A stretch of 64,000 nucleotides of DNA from positions 576,001 through 640,000 of the forward strand of contig JAHQJS010000004.1 in assembly GCA_019057385.1 (NCBI GenBank). The letters run 5' to 3'. This DNA comes from Candidatus Borrarchaeum weybense (GTDB taxonomy: Archaea > Asgardarchaeota > Sifarchaeia > Borrarchaeales > Borrarchaeaceae). The position numbers were made by a program, and so were the translations under genes. The number at the start of each line of letters is the position of its first letter. Within the stretch, counting starts at the first letter, position 1. Shown here piece by piece: positions 19,552 to 30,293 of this stretch. The notes below the pieces were generated by a model. The model was not told the DNA's origin. It did no database searches and saw only the letters and a program-made list of their open reading frames with translations.

Positions 19552-20126
19552 GCTGGAACTATAAGAATGATGTAACTGAGATAATTCTTTTTGGTCGAGG
19601 CGGAATGGGCGTAGTAACAGGTACGGAACTATTAACAGAAGCAGCAGCTCACGAAGACAAGTATGGTCAAAGTTTTCCCCTTTTTGGATTAGAACGTCGA
19701 GGTGCTCCTTTCCGAGCATATGTGAGACTTAGTAATGAACCAATTTATGTTCGGACAGAAATTCATCAACCAGACATTGTTATTGTTATGGATCAAACAC
19801 TATTGAAATTACTGGATGTTACCGAAGGTTTGGATTCTCAGAATGGAACACTAATCATTAATAGCACACATTCTCCTTCTGAACTTAGATCAGAATACGG
19901 TTTCCAATGTAAAGTAGCAACAGTAGATGCAGATCATATTGCTATGAAAGAATTCGGACGTCGTATAACAAATACGCCAATGATTGGAGCTTTTTGCCGA
20001 GTAAGTGGATTAGTACAACTTACATCAGTATTTAAAGCAGTATCTACCCTTTTTGGTGAATCTGCTATTACAGAAAAAAATATCAATGCCATAACAGAAG
20101 CATACCACTCAGTTGTGATGGAATAA
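19548..20126 (+). CDS. porG: 2-oxoacid:ferredoxin oxidoreductase gamma subunit
   Basis: GRGGMGVVT, FGLERRGAP, NTPMIGA. Confidence 0.9.
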   Translation: MSWNYKNDVTEIILFGRGGMGVVTGTELLTEAAAHEDKYGQSFPLFGLERRGAPFRAYVRLSNEPIYVRTEIHQPDIVIVMDQTLLKLLDVTEGLDSQNGTLIINSTHSPSELRSEYGFQCKVATVDADHIAMKEFGRRITNTPMIGAFCRVSGLVQLTSVFKAVSTLFGESAITEKNINAITEAYHSVVME

Positions 20127-20320
20127 GTGTTTCTAAATCTTTACCTCTTCTTCTTAAGTTTTGTTTGTCCCGTTCAGAGCGATCGGATCTTTAGTTTCCA
20201 GTTTTGATACGTGGATCTGCCTTTCACAACTTTACAATACCCTTTTTTGTAATAAGTTAACTATTTATTTTTGTAATAATATATACCCCCACATTATTTT
20301 ACATCTCAAAAAAGGTGACG

Positions 20321-20940
20321 ATGAATGGCTGAAGAATTATTGGAGAAAATCCCACCTGAAAAGCGTTGGGCAATAACTGCCAAACTTCTCACTTCATTAC
20401 ACGTGATACAAGGTGAAAAAAACACTGCGCCAATCATAGGGAAAGGAGAGAATATTAATTCACCAGTTAAGGGTGCGGAAACGTGGACAGAGATAAATAC
20501 AAAGATATTTGGCGGATTCTTTAAGTGGTGGTGGCCAAGGATTCAAGAAATGTTCAACATACCAGTAGAGAACGCCGTAGATGCCGCTAAATTTGCAAAC
20601 GTCACGGCGCCATTGCAGTCAGGACCTGAATGGGAGTTTGAGTATCCTGAAGTAACCAGAGAAAGAACTGTACTCAAGGTGGCCAAATGTCCGTGGTGGG
20701 AGAGATATACGGAATATGAGGTACGTCCTGAATTTATCCCTTGTCTCCCAACCTGTGAAGTAGAGATTGGAGAGGGAATTAAGGCAGTTAATCCTAAGAT
20801 GACTCACGAACTCACGAAGGCAAGACCAAGAGGCGATTCCTACTGTGAATGGGTCTACGAGCTTAAAGACGAGTAAACATTCAGAAATCTAAACAGGTGA
20901 CATGAATGGCTGAAGAATTATTGGAGAAAATCCCACCTGA
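20321..20940 (+). repeat. 39-bp exact direct repeat (20321-20359 and 20902-20940) spanning both start codons
   Basis: ATGAATGGCTGAAGAATTATTGGAGAAAATCCCACCTGA occurs twice. Confidence 0.95.
20325..20876 (+). CDS. ATC-hydrolase/V4R-like small-ligand-binding protein, copy 1
   Basis: KCPWW...C...C...RPRGDSYCEW Cys pattern. Confidence 0.65.
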   Translation: MAEELLEKIPPEKRWAITAKLLTSLHVIQGEKNTAPIIGKGENINSPVKGAETWTEINTKIFGGFFKWWWPRIQEMFNIPVENAVDAAKFANVTAPLQSGPEWEFEYPEVTRERTVLKVAKCPWWERYTEYEVRPEFIPCLPTCEVEIGEGIKAVNPKMTHELTKARPRGDSYCEWVYELKDE

Positions 20941-21466
20941 GAAGTGTTGGGAGATAACTCGTGATATACTCGTCAAATTTATAGTTTTGAGAGGGGATAA
21001 AATTATCGCGCCTGTTTTAGGTTTGAGTGAAGGAATCATCGCGCCTGTCTTGGGCGCGGAAAAGTGGGATGAGATAAACGATAAGGTATATGGTGAAGGC
21101 GGTAAGCAACTTTATACTTGGGTTAAAAAAACTTTTAATATACCAGTAGAGGATGCAATAGGAGCGTTTAAATTAGTCTACGTTGTTGAATCACTATTGT
21201 CTGCTGGCCCATTCACGAGCGAGGATTATGAAATAGTCGAGGCAACCCCAGAAAGAGTAGTATTCAGATGGCATAACTGTTGCTGGTGGGAGGCGTATGA
21301 AGAGTTTGGTGTACATTCTGAGCATAGAGCTTGCGACGCAGCCGATCAAAAACATCAGGAAGAGGGTCTCAAGGCTGTTAATCCTAAGGCAACTTACAAG
21401 CTCACGAAGACTCGACAAGAAGGATATCCCTATTGCGAATTGATCATCGAGTTTAAGGAAGAATAA
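20906..21466 (+). CDS. ATC-hydrolase/V4R-like small-ligand-binding protein, copy 2
   Basis: NCCWW...C...RQEGYPYCE; paralogue of the upstream gene. Confidence 0.65.
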   Translation: MAEELLEKIPPEKCWEITRDILVKFIVLRGDKIIAPVLGLSEGIIAPVLGAEKWDEINDKVYGEGGKQLYTWVKKTFNIPVEDAIGAFKLVYVVESLLSAGPFTSEDYEIVEATPERVVFRWHNCCWWEAYEEFGVHSEHRACDAADQKHQEEGLKAVNPKATYKLTKTRQEGYPYCELIIEFKEE

Positions 21467-21599
21467 ATGATTAATCCTATCTCTTTCATAAATCTCTTTA
21501 GCTAAAATTGATTTTAAGGAAAAAATTAAAGTGCATTTTAGTTTGTTGCCTTATATTTATTGAAAAAGTTAAAAGCAGTGTAAATATTCTAAAACGAGG

Positions 21600-22166
21600 A
21601 TGATCAAAGTGGAAAACTACAAACTCTCGTTAACAGATATTCTCATTGTCATCAATTCCATCATCTACGTAATCCTTGGAGTGCTTGGTGGAAATATCCT
21701 TATACTTCCCATTTCTCTGTTAGCCCAATGGGGTCAATGGAATCGTGCGGTTCTTGAATTCGGTGCTTATTGGCAACTTTTCAGCTCTATTTTCATTCAC
21801 GCAAATATCCTTCACATTGGGGCTAACATGTTCTTTCTATGGATCTATGGAAAACGTGCTGAGGAACTCTTTGCTTCTTATTCATTTCTGGCTATCTATC
21901 TCATTGGTGGTCTCCTTGGTAGTCTATTTACGTTATTGCTACCTCTAGATACGGTCTCAGTTGGTGCTTCGGGTGCCATTTTTGCAGTCCTTGCCGCCGA
22001 TTTAATCAGTTTAGGGCGCAGATATGGAAAACTTAAACAAAATATCCTTGTAGCTGCATTATTTTTTATGTTTAGCATTACAGTGGGATCGAATATTCTA
22101 GCCCATTTGGGCGGAATTTTTGACGGAGCACTTTTAGGTTACTTTATTCCCTCAAAAAAGAAATAA
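21600..22166 (+). CDS. Rhomboid-family intramembrane serine protease
   Basis: H...HI..NM, GASG (catalytic Ser), AHLGG (catalytic His). Confidence 0.92.
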   Translation: MIKVENYKLSLTDILIVINSIIYVILGVLGGNILILPISLLAQWGQWNRAVLEFGAYWQLFSSIFIHANILHIGANMFFLWIYGKRAEELFASYSFLAIYLIGGLLGSLFTLLLPLDTVSVGASGAIFAVLAADLISLGRRYGKLKQNILVAALFFMFSITVGSNILAHLGGIFDGALLGYFIPSKKK

Positions 22167-22197
22167 AAGCAAAATGAAGTTAGATAAACCATGCACT

Positions 22198-22662
22198 TTA
22201 TTTATTATCTGATAGATTAGTCCAAGTAGCATGTCGTGCTACATGTTCTTTTACATGTGCCTTAAATTTTTCAACATTTTCTTGTAATTCTCTAGCAGCT
22301 TGCCTATTCAGAGGATCGCTCGGATTTGGTGCGGTTAATAAAATTCGTAAAGTTTCAATAACATCAATCAAGCTATTTGAAGGCGACCAATCCTTTCCAA
22401 GTATCCCAACACAGACATTTTTATTGTGGATATTCGGATGCCATGTTTTTGTAAGCCATCTCACCTTTGGTGGTCTATACGGAAAGTTTCTTGGTAGTAC
22501 AATTTCAATTTCAAAAACCCCTCCATCATAGAGCTCAGTGCCGAGAATAAAGCCTCTTAACTTACGAATATCGTTTTTTACTGGTGAGAAGGTTGGTTCT
22601 TCCCGCTGTAGTAACTTAAGTTCATATACAAGTCTCGCCGCGAAGTCTTCATCAGAGAGCAC
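22198..22662 (-). CDS. Ubiquitin-conjugating enzyme E2-like protein
   Basis: FPYRPPKVRWLTKTWHPNI...VC (catalytic Cys), WSP, PNPSDPLN. Confidence 0.93.
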   Translation of the reverse strand: MLSDEDFAARLVYELKLLQREEPTFSPVKNDIRKLRGFILGTELYDGGVFEIEIVLPRNFPYRPPKVRWLTKTWHPNIHNKNVCVGILGKDWSPSNSLIDVIETLRILLTAPNPSDPLNRQAARELQENVEKFKAHVKEHVARHATWTNLSDNK

Positions 22663-22826
22663 TTTAATTCTACCTTCAAGATCTTATATAAGAAATCGCT
22701 GATAACTAATTGAAATGTCTTTCCATGTTCTATCAGCTATGAATGATTCGTGAACAAAACTATTTATTAGACTTAAGTTCAGGTAGTAATTTGTTACCAA
22801 ACAAATGAAGCCTAAAGAAGTTTTCT

Positions 22827-23588
22827 GTGTTCACCAAAAAATTTATACTATTTCTAGTGGTGTTGTTGATTGCCAGAATTACAAATTCTGTAACTGAAGT
22901 TTATGGTGCCAACATATTGAAAATCTTAGTTGTTGAAAATTCTATCATGGGTAGGAAACAATATGAATGGCTAGGTGATCTAATTCCAAATTACCGTGAG
23001 TCTATGGATGTATGGATTAGTTACAATTGCGAACCTCCTAAAACAATTAATCAATATGACCGTCTTATTTTGCTAGGTTCGGAAGCTTCAATTTTAGATG
23101 AACATGAATGGCTTAAACCAGAAATGGATATCATTCAAAACTCAATTGAGCATGGGATCCCGCTTCTAGGAATCTGCTTTGGTCATCAACTGATTGTTCA
23201 TACAGTACTTGGTCGTGAATGTGTTAAAAGAAGGTCTAAACCTGAATTAGGATGGCCCGAAATTCGAATTTTAAAAAAGAATAAGCTTTTTCAAGGTATC
23301 TCCAGTCGTTTTTTTTCATATTCTTTCCACTTTGACGAAGTAATCAAGTCATTCGCTCTAGAAATATTAGCAAATTCCAATGAATGTAAAATACAGGCCT
23401 ATAAATTGAAGAACAAAGATGTGTGGGGTATTCAGTTTCATCCAGAGATTAATATTGAAACTGGTGCACAAATCCTTCGCGAAACTGCATCTAGTTTTAG
23501 ATGGAATAATATTGAAGAGATAATCAAAAAAGCAAATGATTCCAATATCGGATCACAGTTGCTTCTCAACTTTTTAAACGAACTTTAG
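22827..23588 (+). CDS. Type 1 glutamine amidotransferase-like protein
   Basis: LGICFGHQ and QFHPE; real start probably later (~22917). Confidence 0.88.
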   Translation: MFTKKFILFLVVLLIARITNSVTEVYGANILKILVVENSIMGRKQYEWLGDLIPNYRESMDVWISYNCEPPKTINQYDRLILLGSEASILDEHEWLKPEMDIIQNSIEHGIPLLGICFGHQLIVHTVLGRECVKRRSKPELGWPEIRILKKNKLFQGISSRFFSYSFHFDEVIKSFALEILANSNECKIQAYKLKNKDVWGIQFHPEINIETGAQILRETASSFRWNNIEEIIKKANDSNIGSQLLLNFLNEL

Positions 23589-24106
23589 TTTTTATTTACG
23601 TCTTTAATTACATGAAAGTGCGCTTTCATGCCATTCATTACAGGAATTTTATATATTAATTCTATGACATGATCACAGGATAGTTTTTGAACGCGCATTT
23701 GAAATTTCTTGTCTAGTTTCTATTTCGAATTTTATTATGGATTCTACCAACTTGTTGTGCTATTTAGTAAGCAAGTCAGATTAAGGCTGTCGACTGCTGA
23801 ATCTTGATATCCGAAAAATTCTGACATTCGAAGAAATCGGAAGCGTGATGGCCATTGCTCACAACTTAATAAATACAATGATAAGGTGACATGTTCGCGA
23901 TAAATTTTATTATTTGATGAAAATTTTGCCATTATATTAATGTAAATTATTTTCTCCCCCTAAATGATGATTCTTATTTGAGAAAAAATTCAAATACATG
24001 AAAATACAATTTCTTTTAGAGAATGTTGATAATTTTCAAGAATGAAGGTAAATGTACACGAGGTATCGACTATAAGAAACTACCTTTGTGAACTATATCC
24101 TACTCC

Positions 24107-26839
24107 ATGTCTCGGATTTTATGGATGCTGTTGTATATGACTGATATAAACCATAACGTCACGGAACGTGAGAAAATGAAGGAAATCTTGCGCGAGAGTG
24201 AAAAAAAATACCATTCTGTGTACGATTCAATGAATGAAGGAGTTGCGCTCCATCAGATTATTTATGATGAACAGGGGGAGACGGTAGACTATACAATCAT
24301 AGATGTTAACCCCGCTTATGAATCGATTACCGGTTTGAAGAGAGAAAAGGCAGTAGGGAGTAGAGCATCAGAATTATATGGAATAGGCAATTCTCCTTAC
24401 CTCGACATATATGCAAAAGTGGCTGCTACGGGACAACCAACGTCATTCGAGACCTATTTCCCACCAATAGACAAGCACTTCAGCATCTCCGTTTTTTCAC
24501 TAAGCAAAGGCCAGTTTGCCACGGTGTTCACTGATATCACAGCCCACAAAAAAGCAGAGAAGGCACTCATTTCTGAAAAAGAACGCCTTGCAGTCACGTT
24601 GCGTAGTATTGGTGATGGCGTAATCGCCACCGACACCGAGGGAAAGATAGTCTTAATCAATAAAGTCGCTGAAAAATTAACTGGATGGCCTCAGAAGGAG
24701 GCCTTTGGCAAACCTCTTGGTGAGGTTTTTCGTATCATTAATGAGAAAACTAGTACGCCCTGTGAAAATCCTGTGGAGAATGTACTAAAAACTGGTGTTA
24801 CAGTCGGTCTTGCCAACGATACAGTACTTGTATCTAGAGATGGTAAGGAGCGCATTTTAGCAGACAGTGGAGCGCCTATTCGTGATGGAGACGACAAAAT
24901 TATTGGTGTTGTTCTTGTATTCAGAGACATCACCAAGCGCAAGCAAACGGAGAAACAACTGAAATACTATACTGAAAATCTGGAAAAGCTTGTTGAGGAA
25001 CGGACAGATGCCTTAAGTGAATCGGAAGAAAAACTTAAGGTAATACTATCGGGAATCGGAGATTTCGTCACTATTCAAAATAAGAATTTAGACATTATCT
25101 GGGCAAATCAATCAATAAAGGATATCTGGGGAGATGTTATCGGAAAGAAGTGTTACGAAGTATATAAAGGGTTAACTGTACCCTGTCCTGACTGTTACGT
25201 CGAAAAGGTGTTTAATGAAGGAAAAACAGTCGTTTCGGAACGAGTTGACATAGGTCCGGATGGAAAACATATTCACCTTTTGATCTCCAGTTCTCCGATG
25301 CGAGATGTTGAGGGGAACATCGTAGGTGTTGTGGAAGTGGTTAAGGACATCACGAAACGAAAAAATGCAGAGGAGGCCCTAAAGGAGTCGGAGGAACGCT
25401 ATCGTGGGCTGTATGAATCCTCAATTGATGGTATTGCCTCTTTGGATCTGAAGGGACATATTGTAGAATGCAATCAGGCCTTTGCAGAAATGCTCGGCTA
25501 TACAAAAGAAGAACTGTACAACCTTACCACTTTTGACCTGACGCCTAGTAAATGGCTCGATACGAATAAAAGGTTCCATAAACAGTTACTTACGACAAAT
25601 TATTCGAAAGAGCTAGAAAAAGAATACTACAAGAAAGATGGATCCATTATCCATGTCTCCATAAAAGGATGGCCCATAAGAGAAAAAGAGGGCAAGCCGA
25701 TTGGTATGTGGGGCATTATTCGCGACATCACAGAACGTAAGCAGGCTGAGAAAAAAATAAATGAATCAGAAAAAAAGTACTCAACTATCGTAGAAAAAGG
25801 AAACGACGGAATAATTATTATTCAGGACGGCTTACTGAAATTTGCAAATTCAAAGATGGTAGAAACTACGGGTTTTTCGTTGGAGGATGCAATTGAGAAG
25901 CCGTTTATTAATTTTATTGCTCCAGAATATAAAGAATTAGTGCTAGATAGATACAAAAAGAGACTCTCTGGAAAGGAGGTGTCAAACAAATACGAAATAG
26001 AACTTTTTTCAAGAGATGGCAGAAAGATACCTATTGAAACAAGTGCCAGTGTGATTGAATACGAAGGTCGTCCTGCAGATATAGCTATACTCCGTGACAT
26101 CACCGAGCGCAGGGAGGCTGAAGAAAAGTTAAAACAAACCTTAGAGGAGTTATCACGTTCCAATTCGGAACTAGAGAAATTCGCCTATATCACTTCTCAT
26201 GACCTACAGGAGCCACTACGCATGGTTGCGAGTTTTTTACAATTGCTGGAGCACCGATATAAAGATAAACTCGACGAAGACGCAAATGAGTTCATTGCCT
26301 TTGCCGTAGATGGAGCAAACCGTTTAAAGGGGATGATTAAGGATCTGCTGACGTATTCACGTGTGGGGACGCGCGGTAAGTCCTTCGAACTATTTGACAG
26401 CAAAGAGGCACTTGATTTGGCACTGATCAATCTCAAGATGGCGATTGAAGAGAGTAATGCAGTGATAACCAATGATCTTCTGCCGAATATAATGGCAGAT
26501 CGTTCACAATTGATTCAGCTATTTCAAAATTTAATCGGGAATGCTATTAAATTTCGAGGTAAGGCGCTGCCAAGAGTTCATGTCTCTGCACGACAAGAAG
26601 GCAGCGATTGGATATTTTCTGTACGCGATAATGGAATTGGCGTAGATCCTAAATATTTCAATAGGATATTCGATGTTTTCCAGCGATTGCACAGCAGAGA
26701 TGAGTATCCAGGTTCTGGTATTGGGTTATCGATATGTAAAAAGATTGTAGAGCGCCATAATGGGCGAATTTGGGTGGAATCACAGCCCGAAAATGGTTCA
26801 ACGTTTTTTTTTACAATCCCCTTTAGACATGCTGTTTAA
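24107..26839 (+). CDS. Cytoplasmic multi-PAS (5 PAS) histidine kinase, phytochrome-type HisKA
   Basis: Repeated PAS/PAC ends (DIT.RK); SHDLQEPLR; NAIKF, DNGIG and GSGIGL boxes. Confidence 0.93.
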   Translation: MSRILWMLLYMTDINHNVTEREKMKEILRESEKKYHSVYDSMNEGVALHQIIYDEQGETVDYTIIDVNPAYESITGLKREKAVGSRASELYGIGNSPYLDIYAKVAATGQPTSFETYFPPIDKHFSISVFSLSKGQFATVFTDITAHKKAEKALISEKERLAVTLRSIGDGVIATDTEGKIVLINKVAEKLTGWPQKEAFGKPLGEVFRIINEKTSTPCENPVENVLKTGVTVGLANDTVLVSRDGKERILADSGAPIRDGDDKIIGVVLVFRDITKRKQTEKQLKYYTENLEKLVEERTDALSESEEKLKVILSGIGDFVTIQNKNLDIIWANQSIKDIWGDVIGKKCYEVYKGLTVPCPDCYVEKVFNEGKTVVSERVDIGPDGKHIHLLISSSPMRDVEGNIVGVVEVVKDITKRKNAEEALKESEERYRGLYESSIDGIASLDLKGHIVECNQAFAEMLGYTKEELYNLTTFDLTPSKWLDTNKRFHKQLLTTNYSKELEKEYYKKDGSIIHVSIKGWPIREKEGKPIGMWGIIRDITERKQAEKKINESEKKYSTIVEKGNDGIIIIQDGLLKFANSKMVETTGFSLEDAIEKPFINFIAPEYKELVLDRYKKRLSGKEVSNKYEIELFSRDGRKIPIETSASVIEYEGRPADIAILRDITERREAEEKLKQTLEELSRSNSELEKFAYITSHDLQEPLRMVASFLQLLEHRYKDKLDEDANEFIAFAVDGANRLKGMIKDLLTYSRVGTRGKSFELFDSKEALDLALINLKMAIEESNAVITNDLLPNIMADRSQLIQLFQNLIGNAIKFRGKALPRVHVSARQEGSDWIFSVRDNGIGVDPKYFNRIFDVFQRLHSRDEYPGSGIGLSICKKIVERHNGRIWVESQPENGSTFFFTIPFRHAV

Positions 26840-27463
26840 CTTAATGATGCGGAAAACACTCAAATCTGATTGAAAGATAAATTCGTTGGAAATTCTTTTT
26901 GGAACTATTTGCAAATAAAGAAATAATAATAATAAGGAAGATGCCAAACCGTGACTTTAACGAGTTCAATCATGTGTTCCGACCTCTAGATTGTGATAAC
27001 AAATTTTTGTGTTTCTTTTAGAAATAAATAATACTCGCCAAAAATATCCAATATCTTATATCAGAACAAATTGCAATGCAAATTGGATCTAGACATCTCC
27101 AAGGCTCTTAAAAAATAGAACCTTAATGCAAACTTCAACCGATTCATAGTTTTCAAATTTGACTTTTCTAAATGAAATACTTGTTGTTTGACATGCGGAG
27201 AATTTACTGGAAACACTTAAATGAAAAGCTAATGGTTCTCTAAGTAACACACAGTTCTGAAAAACTTAAGAAAAAGATTATAAAAGAACTAAAAAATAAA
27301 AATATCGCGGATTTAATTATAAAATATTGTGAATATCACAATCTCTATTGAAAAAATTGTAGTTTTTTGGAACTTTATTCTTATCTATCCACATATTCAA
27401 TGTGTGATATAATCCCTGTTCAAACACTCGAATGAGCTATACTTTAACGGAGTTCATCCAAAA

Positions 27464-29398
27464 ATGGATAAATATCGTGATCTCTCAACTCTTAAGGACC
27501 TTGACGACTATTTTTTTAAAAAATTACAATTTGATTCTATGCAAAAAGGAGTATTAAATGCACTACCTTACATGGTAAGAATTATTGATAAAAGCTTAAA
27601 TATTGTCTGGGCAAACAAAATATCGATAGAAAGGTGTGGTAACACTATCGGAAAAAAATGGAATGCCGTTTATGAAAATTGCGATGAGGATTATCCAGAT
27701 TGTGTGATAAGACAAATCTTCGCTAAGGGAGAAAAATTTGAGACAGAAAACTCGATTATTTTCACAAATCATACGAGGAGAGATTTTTTAATAAGCCATT
27801 CTCCTCTCAAAGACTTGAATGGAAAAGTCATCGCTGTTATAGAATCCTTAAAAGACATTACAAAGCGAAAACAAGTTGAGAAAGAAATAATGGAATCACA
27901 AAGAAAATACTCAACCATTGTAGAACGAGGAAACGATGGAATTGTTCTTATTCAAGATGGCTTACTAAAATTTGCAAATTTGAAGTTTATTGAAATTACG
28001 GGGTTTTCTTTGCATAGCTTATTCGGAAAGCCGTTTATGGATTTTTTTTCTACTGAATATAAAGAATTATTCGTAGAAATCAATTTAGAGACTTCAGATC
28101 AAAACGAGAATGAAAATATATTCGAAGCAGAAATCATTCCCGAAGATGGAAGTAAGATATCCGTTGAAATAAATTCAAAGAAGTTTAAATACGAAGGGAG
28201 AACCGCGTATGTTTCCATAATCCGTGATATCACTAAGCGCAAACTCGCTGAAGAAAAATTAAAAGATTATACAGAAAATCTCGAAAATAAGATTAAAGAA
28301 CGAACAAAGGCCTTAAGAGAATCTGAAAAAAAATACTCGACTATAGTTGAAAGAGGTAACGATGGAATAGTCATTATTCAGGATGATGTATTAAAATTTG
28401 CAAATTCAAAAATAGTTGAATTCACTGGCTTTTCATTAAAGGAAGCAATTGGACAGCCATTCATTAATTTTATTTCCCCAGAATATAGAGAACTAATATT
28501 AGATAGATATAAAAAAAAGTTGTCTGGAGAGAATGTTCAAAACAAGTATGAAGTAAAGATTCTTTCCAAAGATGGAAGAGAGATACCTGTTGAAATAAAT
28601 GCCAGTATAATTGAATACAAAGGATATCCTGCAGATATGGCTTTAATTCGTGACATTACGGAAAGAAAGCTGACCGATGAAAAACTAAATCAAACGTTAG
28701 TAAATCTGGAACGTTCTAATACTGAACTTGAGCAATTTGCATATATAGCCTGTCATGATCTGCAAGAGCCGTTACGTATGGTTGCGAGTTTTTTACAGCT
28801 GCTGGAGCGACGATATTGGGATAAGATAGATGAAGCTGCTACTGAATTTATTTCATATGCCGTAGACGGGGCAACTCGTATGCAGCAAATGATCAATGAT
28901 TTGTTAGCATTTTCACGCGTGGGGACACGTGGAAAACCATTTGAGAACGTAAACAGTAAGAATGTTTTAGATTTGGCAATTGCAAATCTTGCATTATTAA
29001 TTGAAGAAAATGATGCGATAATAACTCAAAGTTCTCTGCCGATCGTATACGCAGATCCCTTACAATTAACCCAGGTATTTCAGAATCTAATAGTAAATGG
29101 AATCAAATTCCGAAGAGCTGATCCACCGAGGATTCATGTTTCATCAGAAAGAAAAGGCGAGTGGGTTTTTTCTGTAAAAGATAATGGCATAGGTATAGAC
29201 TCAAAGCATTTTAATCGCATTTTCTCGATCTTTCAACGTTTAAATACAAAGGGAAAATATCCAGGTTCAGGTATTGGTCTATCAATATGTAAGAAGATTG
29301 TAGAACGTCATGGGGGAAGAATACGGGTCGAATCAAAGCTTGGAAGGGGCTCAACATTTTTTTTTACGATCCCGATGATAGAAGGTGAAATCTTATGA
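27464..29398 (+). CDS. Multi-PAS (3 PAS) histidine kinase
   Basis: CHDLQEPLR, DNGIG, GSGIGL. Confidence 0.93.
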   Translation: MDKYRDLSTLKDLDDYFFKKLQFDSMQKGVLNALPYMVRIIDKSLNIVWANKISIERCGNTIGKKWNAVYENCDEDYPDCVIRQIFAKGEKFETENSIIFTNHTRRDFLISHSPLKDLNGKVIAVIESLKDITKRKQVEKEIMESQRKYSTIVERGNDGIVLIQDGLLKFANLKFIEITGFSLHSLFGKPFMDFFSTEYKELFVEINLETSDQNENENIFEAEIIPEDGSKISVEINSKKFKYEGRTAYVSIIRDITKRKLAEEKLKDYTENLENKIKERTKALRESEKKYSTIVERGNDGIVIIQDDVLKFANSKIVEFTGFSLKEAIGQPFINFISPEYRELILDRYKKKLSGENVQNKYEVKILSKDGREIPVEINASIIEYKGYPADMALIRDITERKLTDEKLNQTLVNLERSNTELEQFAYIACHDLQEPLRMVASFLQLLERRYWDKIDEAATEFISYAVDGATRMQQMINDLLAFSRVGTRGKPFENVNSKNVLDLAIANLALLIEENDAIITQSSLPIVYADPLQLTQVFQNLIVNGIKFRRADPPRIHVSSERKGEWVFSVKDNGIGIDSKHFNRIFSIFQRLNTKGKYPGSGIGLSICKKIVERHGGRIRVESKLGRGSTFFFTIPMIEGEIL

Positions 29399-29850
29399 AT
29401 CAGCACAAGAGTAGAAATTCCATTGATATCCTGCTTGTCGAGGATAATCCTGGCGATGTGCGTCTGACCATAGAAAGCCTTAAAGAAGCAAAACTACTAA
29501 ATAAACTTCACATTAGTTCTGATGGCGAGGAAGCTATGGCATTCCTACGCCGTGAAAGAGAATTCAAAGATGCACCACGTCCAGATCTTATCCTACTTGA
29601 CCTTAATCTGCCTAGGAAGGATGGACGTGAGGTTTTGGCGGAAATCAAAGAAGATTCAGATTTAAAACAAATACCCGTCGTTATCCTTACCACTTCAAAC
29701 TCATGTGAGGACATTCAAGAAACATACAATAGCTATGCAAACTGCTATATTAAGAAGCCAGTTGTACTTGATGAGTTTATCAAAGTAGTGATGTCCATTG
29801 AAAACTTCTGGCTATGTATTGTACAACTCCCACCAAAAGTCTTTAGGTGA
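29395..29850 (+). CDS. Single-domain response regulator (Rcp1-like)
   Basis: LLVEDN, LILLDLNLP, LTTS, KP; ATGA overlap with the kinase. Confidence 0.93.
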   Translation: MNQHKSRNSIDILLVEDNPGDVRLTIESLKEAKLLNKLHISSDGEEAMAFLRREREFKDAPRPDLILLDLNLPRKDGREVLAEIKEDSDLKQIPVVILTTSNSCEDIQETYNSYANCYIKKPVVLDEFIKVVMSIENFWLCIVQLPPKVFR

Positions 29851-29855
29851 TTTAA

Positions 29856-30293
29856 TTGGCACGTAATCTATTTAAGGTCTTATTGATCGAAGATAATCCT
29901 GGAGATGTGCGATTAATACAAGAAGAACTCACAGATATAGAGGCAATTACTCTTCATAACATAAATTTCGAATTAACAAAAGCTAATCAACTCTCAAAAG
30001 GTTTGAAATGTCTTCATGATCAAAAGATTGACCTAATCTTATTGGATCTAATGTTACCGGACAGTCTAGGGATTGATACTTTCATGGAAGTGCATTTGTA
30101 TGCTCAAAAAGTTCCGATCATTGTCTTAACGGGAATTAACGATGAAAAATTGGCAATTAAAGCAGTTAATGAGGGTGCGCAAGACTATATCGTCAAAGGA
30201 AAAATGGATACGCAATTATTGATGCAATCTATAATTCGTGCGATCGGGAAACATCGAGTGTCATCGAAATTGAAAAAATCATCATATTATTGA
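29856..30293 (+). CDS. Receiver-domain protein (resembles a truncated copy of the N-terminus of 33048..34607)
   Basis: LLIEDN, LLDLMLPDS, GAQDYIVKG. Confidence 0.85.
   Translation: MARNLFKVLLIEDNPGDVRLIQEELTDIEAITLHNINFELTKANQLSKGLKCLHDQKIDLILLDLMLPDSLGIDTFMEVHLYAQKVPIIVLTGINDEKLAIKAVNEGAQDYIVKGKMDTQLLMQSIIRAIGKHRVSSKLKKSSYY

Noticed and set aside
23589-24106. Possible eroded 5' PAS region of kinase 1, and ORF 23744..23932
   Set aside because: Only a faint resemblance and several stops; cannot be supported
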